This document shows, one piece after another, positions 1 to 12,500 of a DNA stretch of 64,000 nt. Below the pieces are notes generated by a model. That model was given only the letters and a program-made list of their open reading frames with translations. It was not told the DNA's origin and made no database searches. Location: contig NC_087437.1 in the NCBI RefSeq assembly GCF_036321535.1, positions 27,654,001 to 27,718,000 of the forward strand, written 5' to 3'. Each line of letters opens with the position of its first letter. Position 1 is the stretch's first letter. Source of the stretch: Camelus dromedarius (Eukaryota). The translations under genes and the position numbers were made by a program.

Positions 1-1055
1 TGGAAGGCTGAGGGTGTGGGAAGGGGAAGGAAGCAATGTGGTATTCTTTTCTGCTGAGTCTACTTCCTTCCTTCACGAAGAGTTTTTAATGCCAGACTAG
101 TCTCTATCCTATCTTTGTACCAGTCTCTTAAATAGTCAGTTCTCGTTTGTGAACTCACGAGGAGAAAGTCACTGTTGTTCCATGCTAATTTTTGAGATAC
201 GGGTAATCGAAACACCACTGAGGAGAGGGGAAATCTTCAGTGGGGATTTTTGTCTTCCCCACATTTTAGATAAAATTCCTCAAGCAGAAATGTTCATTTG
301 GGATGTAGTGAGCTGCCTTCTGATAATTAGTCTCAAGTTTAAGTCACTACTTAAACCCTAGTATGCTGGTGAGGCGGGAAACCAGAGGTTGTGTTAGCAT
401 GTGTTTGATTTTCTGGCTACACATAAAAACATGGTTTTGAGGAACTCATTACGAGTGCTCACATATCAGCCAGACCTTGCCTTGGGGAGGGCGGGCGATT
501 TATAACCTAAAGTTGAAATGACATTTCCACTTGAACGTGATCAGATCTCATTTTACATTTACACTGACTAGTCATCTCTGGTTGTCAGTGTCGTGTCTTT
601 TGAAAACATTCATGAAGTTTACTGTTAGCAGTAAAAGTCAAAACTTCTAGGATTACAGATTTTAAAAAAAGAAAACTAAGATTAAGCAACAGGAGAGCGA
701 TAATATATATTATGAAGGCAAATTAACATAAAACAGATGAGGAAAATCAATGAATTATGATTATATTATTACTTATGTTGTTATCATTAAGATAAAGTAT
801 TCATTTGAGAATCATCACTAATTTCTTATATACTTCTTTCAAATTGAATGTAGGTTGCCAAGAATCAATTGCATCCTTTTTAGTTGAGGTTTTAAGATAT
901 TAGCTGTGTGTAAGTGAATGGAGCCTATTAACATAAAGAAAACCAAAAAAGAGGCATTTGTGAGTTCTCATACTGGATCTACATCCTCAAGTCTGTTACT
1001 TTTGTTTATTTGTTTTGGTCCTAGGAAGGAATGAATAAATATATTAACTTCACTT

Positions 1056-1897
1056 CTACCAAACATACAAAGAAGAACTCATACCAGTCCTTCTCAAATT
1101 CTTCCAGAAGACTGAAAAGGAGGGAATACTCCCAAACTCATTCTATGAAGCCACCATCACCCTGATACCAAAACCAGGCAAAGACACCATCAAAAAAGAG
1201 AATTACAGACCACTGTCACTGATGAACATAGATGCAAAAATTCTTACCAAAATATTAGCAAATAGAATCCGTAAAAAAAGATTATACATCATGATCAAGT
1301 GGGGTTCATCCCGGGGACCCAAGGGTGCTTCAGCATACGCAAATCAATCAATGTAATACATCCCATCAACAAGACAAAGGATAAAAACCACATAATCATC
1401 TCAATAGATGCAGAAAAAACATTTGATAAAATTCAACACCCATTTATGATAAAAACTCTCGCCAAAGTGGGTATAGAGGTAACATATCTCAACATAATAA
1501 AAGCTATATATAAAACAAACCTACAGCCAGCATAGTACTCAACGGTGAAAAACTCAAAGCTTCCCACTAAAATCTGGGACAACACAAGACTGCCCACTAT
1601 CATCACTCCTATTCAACATAGTCTTGGAAGTCCTAGCTACAGCAATCAGGCAAGAGAGAAATAAAAGGGATCCAAATTGGAAAAGAAAAGGTAAAAGTGT
1701 CGCTATATGCAGATGACATGATACTATATATAGAAAACCCTAACAGGTCCACACAAAAACTACTAGAGCTGATCGAAGAATTCAGCAAGGTAGCAGGTTA
1801 CAAGATTAACGTTCAAAAATCAGTTGCATTTCTTTACGCTAATGATGAATCAACAGAAAAATAAACAGTCCCCTTTAAAATAGCACCAAAAATAATA
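1056..1897 (+). mobile_element. LINE-1 ORF2 internal fragment (RT region, frameshifted) with 19-bp TSD
   Basis: Encodes L1 ORF2 motifs (GFIPGx[14 protein letters not shown], [18 protein letters not shown]). Flanked by AAATATATTAACTTCACTT at 1037-1055 and 1898-1916. Confidence 0.93.
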
Positions 1898-2934
1898 AAA
1901 TATATTAACTTCACTTTTAAAGCACGTGGTACCCAAGACTTGGTGTAAGCTTTCAACCTTGGATCAATGATGTTATTAAGTGAAAAATTCAAAACTTCAG
2001 TGTTTTAAACATGCTCATGACACGTAAGCAGCTCTGTTGAGGGCAGAATGCCTTCACTTAATTTGTATCTTTGAGAACAGATATTGAAAAACAAATAGGT
2101 TTAATGAACTTTTTAATTCTTATTCTTTGCACTATATTTGGTGTTACTTGACAAAAGTGACACACAGTCTTGTACCTTCTGTTACTCAACACCTTTTAAT
2201 TCTAAGTTTGTTTTAAGTTTGTTTTAGGAAACAAAACAGCTTGGGTTTTTGTTTTTGTTTTTTTTTTTAACCTCTAAATCATAATGCTTATTGTTAAAAG
2301 AGAAGTCTCCTTCCTTTTAACATTATTTTCTAAAACCATTATGTTTGTCATTAACAAAGCCTCTTGAGTTTAGTAAAATCTTTCTTGTATCTTTAATAGA
2401 AGAGTCTGTAAGATTGCCTTTGTTCTCTGAAATTAAACTTTCCCAAATGAGATGATGAGAGTGAGCCTTTGTCTCAGTAGCCTTTGACTACTTAGAACCA
2501 TCATGTTGAAAATGATCTTAGAGATCATATAATTCAGCCTTTCCTTTTTGTTTTCAGATTTGTGTTTATAAATACGTATAGTAAAAATATTTTAAAATAG
2601 AACCTAATTACTTTTGGATATTATCCTTAGAGCTGTTAAGAACAAAAGTCCCTCTGGAGTAGTCAGTGTTTATAATATTTCTCATTGGCATTTTCTTCAA
2701 ACTTATTTATGCTAAATTGATAAAAGTAGCATTTTTCCATTAATGTGGAGAGATTTAATTCCTTCCTACCCTCAAAAAAGTTAGGAATTGTGTAAATTTC
2801 CTTTTTTACGTATTAAACTGTTTGGTAATCTCCTGAGAAGATGCTGTTGAAGTTTTCCATTATATCAGTGTGAGCCTGGGTGATTTTTTTTCCCCATTCA
2901 TTGTTGATGCCATATTTTAAAAGTCAGTTAGTGA

Positions 2935-3372
2935 AAAATGTTTATAGAGGAACTTCTTGTTAATAGCTAAAATCTAGAAACTACTCACAGGAATGGATGC
3001 ATAAATGGTGTTTTAGTCATGCACTGGAATACTATACATAAGTGAGAATTATTTTTAGAAAAGATTAAAATTACCTCAACGATATGGGTCAGATCTCAGA
3101 AGCATAATGTTAAGTGAAAGATGCCAGATGTAAAAAGTATGTATTGTATGGTTCCATTTATATAAAGTTCCACCGTGAGCAATACAAATCCAAACTGTAA
3201 GAAGTCAGGACCTTGGTTTGCTGGGAAGGGAGAGGTAACTGCAGGGAATCTGAGAGGGCTTCTGAGGTTTTGTGATTTTGTGATTTGAGTGTTGCTACGT
3301 GAATGAATTTATTTTGTAGAAATTAAGTGAGTTTGCTCACTTTTCCATATGTGTGTTTTACTTCAATAAAAA
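2935..3372 (+). mobile_element. Old L1M (L1ME/MC-like) 3' end
   Basis: Typical motifs: ataatgttaagtgaaagatgccaga, gtatggttccatttatataaagttc, ending ttacttcaataaaaa. Confidence 0.7.
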
Positions 3373-3438
3373 GTACCCATTAGAAAAGCCAGTAGCTCCT
3401 ATTAACTGGACAATAATGTATCTACTGTGTTTATTTAG

Positions 3439-3557
3439 TTGGAGATGAAGGACAAAAAGCCAGGAAGAACAAACAGGAAGCATTTCCAACACTGGAGACT
3501 GTGTTCACAAAACTTCAACTGCTTTCATATTTTGATCAACATCAGGTGACATCTCAG
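3439..3557 (+). CDS. MED12L: MED12L window exon 1 (119 nt)
   Basis: tttag|TT GGA GAT...TCT CAG|gtagtc; (V)[39 protein letters not shown]. Confidence 0.93.
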
Positions 3558-6500
3558 GTAGTCATTAAAGCAGTTTTATTACACATTTGGGGTATTTCCT
3601 TAAAAATCTGTCTCATGCAACATCTTTTTTCAGCCTTAGTTGTTTTATAAATATGTTTTTAAAACATATTTGGAAGCGTCTTCAAACTATTGAGCAGTTC
3701 AGCTTTAAATGTCAGGTTGCCTTCCTCAGAAGGACTAATTTTTATCATGAAAATATTTTTACCTTATGATAATCAACACTGCATAAAATAATGTCTATTG
3801 CAATATTTATATTATTATATTTTAATTCTACATTGCTATTGATGTGGGAGAAATCTGTAGGTGACTGAAATAAATTACTATGCAATTAAGAAACCAAATC
3901 CATTTTGTTTTGTAAATCCATTGATAGTCAGATAGATGTCATCTGGAAATTAATTAGTATTTGTAGTTGTTCCACCTTTAGGATAGTTAGGTCTAGATCT
4001 TAATGAGAACTTGGCCACTTTCTTCAAATTATAGTTGTTATAAGGACATTGTTTGATTTGAACATGATTTTGTTTTCTGTAGGAATATGTTTCAACTTTC
4101 TTTTAAGTAAAATCACATATAAATTGACATTTCTTACCTACAAAAGTAAAATAATTTAATAAATAAAAGTTATTTGAAATACTGGTCTTATAATTATTTT
4201 CACTTCTTTGGGGTTTTTGTTGTTGTAGATCTCTAACAATGTGCTGGAACAAATCACGAGCTTTGCATCAGGAACATCCTACCATCTCCCGCTGGCTCAC
4301 CACATTCAACTCATCTTTGACCTCATGGAGCCAGCACTGAATATCAATGGGCTAATTGACTTCGCAATCCAGGTGTTAAGCCAATCCTGCCTCTCTCATT
4401 TTTAGGAAAGCTGATCTACTAGGCATTGTATACTTTAAAATGAACCATCCAGTGCCTTTTTGAGTAGACATTCTGAATCAGCAGTATTCAGCTAGTATTG
4501 TCAACTAGCATTTTAATTGTGGCTGTGTTCAGAGTTTTCAATTAAGTAATTATAATTGGTGGTAAAATATAATAATAGTCATTTTAAAATGTGAGGGCTT
4601 TGAGGGTTTTTTGGGGGGTCTTATTATTTTATTTAGGGAAAGGTGAAAGTTTATTTACTGTTTATAATAGAGTATATTTTAGGTAAGAGCAAAGAAAACT
4701 ATTAATTTGTTCCACTGTTTTTCTTATACTTGAGTTCATTTGTTATTTTATTTTATTATGAACAGAAATAAGACTTGGTTTCTTTTGCTTATTCTGTTGG
4801 AGGTATTAATTTTGTTAATAACAAGAAAATAATGATAACCTCAATTTTATTAAAAAGGAGGGGAAAGGGAGGAAAAAAAAGTCAAAGGTGGAGGTATTCT
4901 CTGAAATTATCCAGTTCAGTACTTTGGGCCACTGTAAAGGTTTGGTAACTGTCTCAGGATTAGGTGCCTCCTGACTGCATGCACCATATCTAGACAGAAG
5001 AACAACTCTATAATTTAATAAGGGATTAAAAATAGAAGCCAGACTGTAGCTGTATATGTATATGGTCCTGGGGCAGGATAAGCAGGGAGACCAAGTAGTT
5101 TTATTTATTGTTTTGTTTTGTTTTCAGGAGAGGTAACTAGGTTTATTTATTTATTTTGATGGAGGGAGTGGGGATTGAACCCAGGACCTCCTTCATGCTA
5201 GGCTATACCCTACCCTGAGACCAAGTAGTTTTAGAATGACTCAGTATATCTGTGGTTTGTAAAAATAAATGTTTTTCCTATTGTTTTGACAGCTACATTT
5301 TTATTCACTCTTTTCTCCCGTTGTAGCTCCTAAATGAACTGAGTGTTGTGGAAGCCGAACTGCTCCTGAAGTCCTCCAGCCTGGCGGGAAGTTACACAAC
5401 GGGACTGTGCGTCTGCATCGTGGCTGTTCTCCGGCGATACCACAGCTGTCTGATCCTGAATCCCGATCAGACAGCCCAGGTGTTTGAAGGGTTGGTATAT
5501 CCTAGAATGTTTAATTTGCAATGAACTATTATAGTAGTTTCAAGAGAAAAATAATACTGTTTCAATAAGAAGATACAACATAGTTAAAGAATACTTGTGC
5601 CAGGAAATGTTTATCAGAAAGGAGATGAAAGCATGAGTCTGCCTGCCTGCCTACTTCTCTCCCCCTGGTTCCTACCATTTCTGCTCCCCAGCATCCCGGC
5701 TTATTGGAGATGATAAATATGTGACTGCTGCTTTGTTCACATAATTTCAGTTTCTGTTTGGAGAATCCAACACCGAATAAGCTTTGCACACATGTCATCG
5801 TATAGATTTACTTCTTCAGTTTCATTTCTTTTTTAAGTTAAAGACAGGACCAGAGAAGTATGATAAGCCGTCAAAAAACCTATTCTCAGCTCCTTTTTGT
5901 CCACTGCAGACTCCTTTCTCCAGACCTTTACATATTAAAATAAAAGGCAACTTCTTTTTCTTGTTCGTTTTCTTTTTGTTTCATTTTTCCTCGTGGACGC
6001 AAAAGAAACATGGGGTTCTTTGGTCCCACAGGTTTTTGTTGGTAATGTAGCACATGGGATCCATTTGTATACCAGAGTGGTATCTACTTAACAGCTTTTT
6101 TGAGGAAGAGAGAATGCTACTACATTAATTCTAAACGTGGATTTTTTTGTTTAATTTGAAAATATTCTTTATAGTCTCAAAGATGTTTCTGTAATAATCA
6201 TATAAATCAACAACTGTAACACGTTAAATCCAATTATCGTTCCATTCAGTTCACACAGGACGCTGTGTCTTAACTGTACCTGATTTTCCGTTAACCACGT
6301 TTTTTCCGCCCGTCCCCTGACAGTGGAGAGAGCTCTGGCCTGGGGTTCTGGAGACTAAGTTCTCCTTTTGGATCTGCTGTGAACTAGCTCTTTGCCTCGT
6401 GGGCAAGTTACATCACTTTTTTGAGCCTCAGAGCCCTCTTGGTAAAATGAGGAAGCTGAATCAGATGATTTCTGAAACCTTTTTCGCTTTAATAATCTGA

Positions 6501-9500
6501 GTCATCTGTGACACCTGTTGTAGTACTGAACCCTGCTACAGAACGCAAGATGGCAGTGCAGTCAGACTCACAGACAGGTGGACGGACCACTGGTGGTTTA
6601 CTTCGGTGTTGTGTGAACTGTAGCCCAAGAGGCCATCCTTCTGATTTGCAGAAAGAGGCACAGAATTGGAGTGGTAATGGTACTTCTGAACTGCAAGTCT
6701 TACAGAGAACGTCACTAAAAAGAAGGGAGTTTTCATTCTTATTAAGATTAATTAAAATTTGTGTCCAGTTTGGATATATAAGGAGAAAGTGACCTCTAAT
6801 CATGAATTCACCAAGTTCATGCCAGAAACCAGCTCATGGTTTTGAAAATGGATTTCCCAGCTTTACTGATAGGAAGAAATTGCTCCTTTACAAAGTGGCA
6901 GACTTGGGGCCCTTTGTGAATTCCCTGAATTTGTCAGTCTTTTTACTGAAGAGAGATTGTCTCCTACAGCTTTTCTTTTGTGTTCTAGTCACAGCAACTT
7001 AATTGATGGATTCCTGTCTACATATCTTCTGTATGGAGGAATTTGTTTCATTTCTCACTGTTAATGGCATTTATGAAGTTTTTAAAAAAAATTTAGTATT
7101 TCACTGTCTTAATAGAAAGCTGATTATTCAATTATTTACTATTGCTTTAATGATTAGTGTCAACAATCTGGTATCTTTTTTCCTACAAGTAATGCATGGG
7201 CATATTCTCACTGTAAAAGATTCAAACAATAAGTTCTATATTAGCAAAGCAAGTGTCTCATTTCTTCATGTATTTTTCTCCTCAGATTGTGTGGTGTGGT
7301 AAAGCATGTTGTGAACCCCTCCGAATGTTCTTCCCCTGAGAGATGCATCTTAGCCTACCTCTACGATCTCTACGTGTCATGTAGTCACCTCCGAAGTAAA
7401 TTTGGAGACCTCTTCAGGTGGGTAGAAGAAAGTCGAAAGAATAGGAATGAGGTTATGCCTACGTTTGTTAGTGGACCAACCAATATTGTCATCTTTTTAA
7501 ATAGTGAAAGTTAACCCTAATTATATCTGCCAGAATTCATACTGAATTCTCTTTCATGATAGCTATAGCCTCCTATTCCAAATTACTGTGCATCTTTAGC
7601 TCTGATTGTAAGTTTGAGATAAACTTGAGAGAGAATATTGTAAATTTTGCACTTGCTGTTACCTCCCTTGGAGTATTGTTTCCCCACCATTTGCATACTT
7701 CCTTTCTTCCTATGTTCACTTCTCTGCCTCCTTGACCTTCCTATTTCAAATAGCATCCCTGACTCCCTGACATTCTCTTCCTTATTAGCACTAGTACCAG
7801 CAACAGGTAGACAGGTGATGGAGAAATCTATATTTGATTATTTAATGTTATTTCAGGAAATATAGATGATGAATTGTAAGTGGGGGAAGGGAAGGAGACA
7901 GTAATAGCTGGAAAAATAAATTTGGAATTTAGAAGCAGGCAAGGCAAGGGAAGAACGACCAACTACAGTTTTCTTCGCTGTCTGATACCTTGCATCCAGC
8001 TTCTCCCTAACTCCGCCTCCCAGGCACCTCTAGAGCCTGGCCGCTCTTCACGGCTTTGCCGTTACCACCATGTTCATCTCTTGGTTGGACCATCCCAGCA
8101 TCCTTCTAACTGCTTTCCCTGCATGCACCCTTGACTCAATGAAGCATATTCTCAATGTATCTTCTAACCTTTTGAAACAAGAGTAACTTGAAGTTTTCCA
8201 ACGTCTTCTCATCTACTCAGAATAAAATTCAAGTCCTTACCTAGCCTCCAGGATCTATGGTTCCAGTCTGTCTTCGACCTCTTTCCCTCTGATCACTCCG
8301 TTCTGACCACGTGGACCTTATTGGTCTCTAAGCCCTCGAAAGCACACTCCCATCTTGGGCTTTTACACCTGCTGATACCTCTCTCGTGACGCTTCCCCGC
8401 GGTTACTTGCTTGCTCCCTTTCACAGTTCATTCCAGGTTCTGCCGCCCTGACTACACTATTTGATTTTTTTAAAATTTTTTTTTACTGAAATATAGTTGA
8501 TTTACAGTGTTGTGTTTGTTTCTGGTGTACAGCAGAGTGACTCAGTTATACATGTATACATATACTCTTTTTCAGATTCTTTTCCCTTATGGTTTGTTAC
8601 AGGATATTGAATATAGTTTCCTGTGCTATGCAGCAGGACCTTGTTGTTTATCTGTTTTATATGTAGTAGTTAGTATCTGCTAACCCCAAACTCCTAATTT
8701 ATCCCAATACTATCAATTATTGATAAACAGGTTGAATAGGATGCAGTGCTGACAGAATCTGACAAGATTATTTTAAATAGTGGGCCCCTCCCCCCACCCT
8801 CTGTCATTCTCTGAACTTTAGCACTTGTTTCCCGCCCCGAATGTTACATATTTATTTATGGTCAGGCTCCTTCCTAGAGCAGAAACTTTTGCTGTTTTCT
8901 TCATTGCTCTATTCCAATACTTTGAAGAATGTCTGGCTCATAGAAGGCACTACAAAAAACCTGTTGAATGAGTGATATATACCCCCCAAAATCATATTTT
9001 TAATGGTATTGATAGGGAAAAATGTGAAAGCATGACCTTATGAAATGAATTAGTTTTCAGAATAATCCCTATGGAATGAATATTTAAGTGAGTCTTAAGA
9101 AACACCTTTCAGCAGAAATGATGTAATAATCATATCCTGTGAACTACTACTTTACAGAGAGCTTTCAGTTTCAGTTTAGTTTTCAGAGTTTTCTCATATG
9201 TGATTTGGTTCTTGTAAAAGCCCTGTTTTTAGTAGTGAACTTACCAAGAAAGCCACAAAATCTGACCCCTCAAGCTCCTGCAAGGTAGTAAAATGTGTTA
9301 AGTGAGCTAATTCACATGGTGCACACTGGATGTGTGGATATTTAGGAGATCAGCTGTGAACCAAGGAGCTACTTAGGATCAGCACCTCGGATCTTCACAG
9401 TGGTGACCTGTCTGAAGTTTCCCAGATCCAAGACATGAAAGAGAAGTGGAACTCTCTTGGGAAACCTTCAAATCAGGCATTATTTGCAGTTTGGGATTAG

Positions 9501-12500
9501 GAAAAATGGTGGAATAAAAGCTAGATAGGCAAGAGAGATTTCTGTTTGTATACTAATAAACCGATTTTAATGAGTGGGTCTGAAACACCATCTGTAAAGT
9601 TGTGTACGGTGATACTTGGGAGAAGGAGCACCGATCATTTCTGCCTCTGGTGGAGCTGCTGCAGTGTGCCTGGCGCTGTGCTGAGGTGTTTCCACAAAGG
9701 TCTCCCGGCAATCCTGGGAGGCAGAAATGATTTTTCCTCTGAATAAACGATTGTTCCTCGTCATAAGTTAATAAATGATGAAGCCTCGATTTGAACGTAA
9801 GTCATTTTGGCCTTAAGGTGTATGTTGCTTTCATTACTCTATCAAGTATTTCTGATACATGCAGTTTTAGAAGGAAATGTCTGAGTATTTTTTTTTTTTT
9901 AACTTCATATGCACCTGCAGTAGTGCTAAGAATTTGTGAGTGACCTAGGTGGCAGCTAACGTTTTATTAAAGCCTAGAAGCTCATCTGGAAAGAGTGTAA
10001 TAAATGACACAGGAGGCCTAGAAATGAAGGGTGAGGAGACTTCACCATAAGCCAGAGTTCAGAAAAATTATGAGAGGATGCAGGTGGACATCAACCTGAG
10101 AGAAGTCTCTATACTAATAGAAAAGTGAGGCTGAGTCTTAACAAAAATCAATGAAGAAAAACAGAATTCTTTTGGCTTCTAAAGAAAGACATGGATAGAT
10201 TATTAGAATTAAGTGGGTAGTTGAATACTCTTCACAGAAGGCTGTTTCTTTAAACATTTAGGGCATTGGGAGGTGTAGGAAACCAGGAAGGAGATGTTAG
10301 GGAAGGAACCAGCAAAGAGCAAAGTTTATTTTTGTTTCATTTTTAGTGGGAAAGTGAAACAAATTAAGAATTATTGCTAAGTGAGAATATTTGAAAAGTT
10401 GAGTGGAAAGTGTGGTAAGGGTTAAGACAGGGAAAGGGGAAATTTTAAAAGCACTGGGAACCATATAATGTCCATCATTTTGAAAAGGTCATGGCTCCAG
10501 ATTGCAAACTTGTATCCTTCAGTGACCACTGACAAGTTTTTATATAAATTGTCTGCAAAGAAAGGGTTGAAGATTGTGTTTGCTGCCGTTTAGTGGGTGG
10601 CTTTAGTCCTCTTTGCCCAGTGCTTTCCAAGCATATTTGGCACTTAGTTTTACCAAGGACAGCTTTTTAAACATGCAGATTCAGTCTACCTACGGTGAGG
10701 CCCAGAAGTCCCATTGTAACAAACACCCCAGAGGTGATTCCGAAGGAGGAATTCTGAAGTCACATTTTGGTAAACATTGAACTGAACCATCTCTGTTTCC
10801 TTAAAGCAGTTGTCAGTGGTAACCGTTTAGGGTAAAGGGTCTATATGCCTTTTCATCTTTGAGGAAATCATTCCTGGCTACTGTTTATGTAGGTGCATAA
10901 GACTAGGATGTGTCTCCTTGATCACAAATAAATTTGCTGCCAAAGCTTAATCTTAAAGTAAAAGACTTTCTGCTGCTTAAAAGAGCTCTTGAACGGAGAA
11001 GGTGCAGTGTTGCTTCTGGATTTGGTATCCACAGCAAGTGGGCCAGAAGGGCGAAGTGGACGTGGAATCTGAGCTTGGCAATCAGAGCATCCTTCAGCCT
11101 CACGTGCGGACCAGGGCTGGGGGGTGTTTTCTAATTCCCTTTATATACTTTGAATATTCTGTATCTTACTTGGATGAAACTCACTGAAACATGAACTGGT
11201 AGACCAGGCTCTTAAAAATCTCTAAATACTGCTGAGAAACACAACATGGTAAGTGTTTAGGGACAATATAATAGTTTCTTTACTCTCATAAATTCTTATC
11301 CCGCTACTGGAATTTAAGGCAGGGAGTGAACCCCTCTCTCACAGCTGCACCACGGAGCCCAGAGTAGCCTTGGCACATGAACCTCCCCTGGATACATCGT
11401 ACCTAGAGGAATAGCTTTACAGGATATATGATTAGGACTAAAACCCGTTACTCCTGATGTGTCCTCTAGTCCATTTTTATTATTCTTAAGTAATAGCACT
11501 TTTCAACCACTGTTCAGAGACAGTTTTTGGAAGCCTTAGTAAATTCTTTTATTTTTAAAGCATGTAAAATGTAGAAAAGACTTAACACTAAGTAAGATTA
11601 GTGCCCAGATGTCTCATTCCTGTTTTGTTCTTCCCCCATTCAGTAACTATTGAGCAACTAGAACATGCCAGGCGCTGTGTCCAGTGCTGATTATTAAGAG
11701 GTTGGAATCAAGAACCCATCATTGTGAACCTTCTCTAGGAATACATTATAGTTGCTGCCATTTAATCTGTCCTTGAATGAAATAACTTTCTGGTTTAGTT
11801 TTGTTTTGTTTTTTAACTCTTCTTCTTATAACCTCAGTAGTGCCTGTTCTAAAGTCAAGCAGACCATATATAATAATGTGATTCCTGCAAATTCTAACTT
11901 GCGATGGGATCCAGACTTCATGATGGATTTTATTGAGAATCCCTCAGCCCGTAGCATCAACTACTCAATGCTGGGCAAGATCCTCAGTGACAACGCGGCC
12001 AATCGCTACAGCTTCGTCTGCAACACGCTCATGAATGTGTGTATGGGCCATCAGGACGCTGGAAGGTGAGCAGGGGTTCACGGTGAACCTCGTGGTTACT
12101 GCATTGGTGCTGCTTTGTAATTAAGGTCTCTGATAATTGCCTAAGCTGACATTTGGCTTTTGTTTGCTGCTTTTTTTTTTTTTTTTCACTTTTACTTTAT
12201 TTCTGAATTTACCTCTGTTCTACTCTGTGATTTCCATCTGGCTTATTGGTCTGGCATGAGATGCTCTAGATACAATCTATAAGTTATCTGACCCATTTAC
12301 AAAAATATATATATAATAAAAATACAAATTAAAAATACGCATATTTTGAAAAATACTGGATGTAGGCCTGCCATTTAATTTTTTTGATGCCCTTAAAAAT
12401 GTAAATTTCTATGTCAGCTTGATTCACAGGACTACAGAGATGTTAATTGGCGTCTCTACTGGTTATTGTTTGTTGCTTAATAGCATTAACTGTCAGAGAA

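Noticed and set aside
5104..5216. tRNA gene
   Set aside because: Only a B-box/T-arm remnant with an A-rich tail and TSD is present, so it is a SINE and not a cloverleaf.
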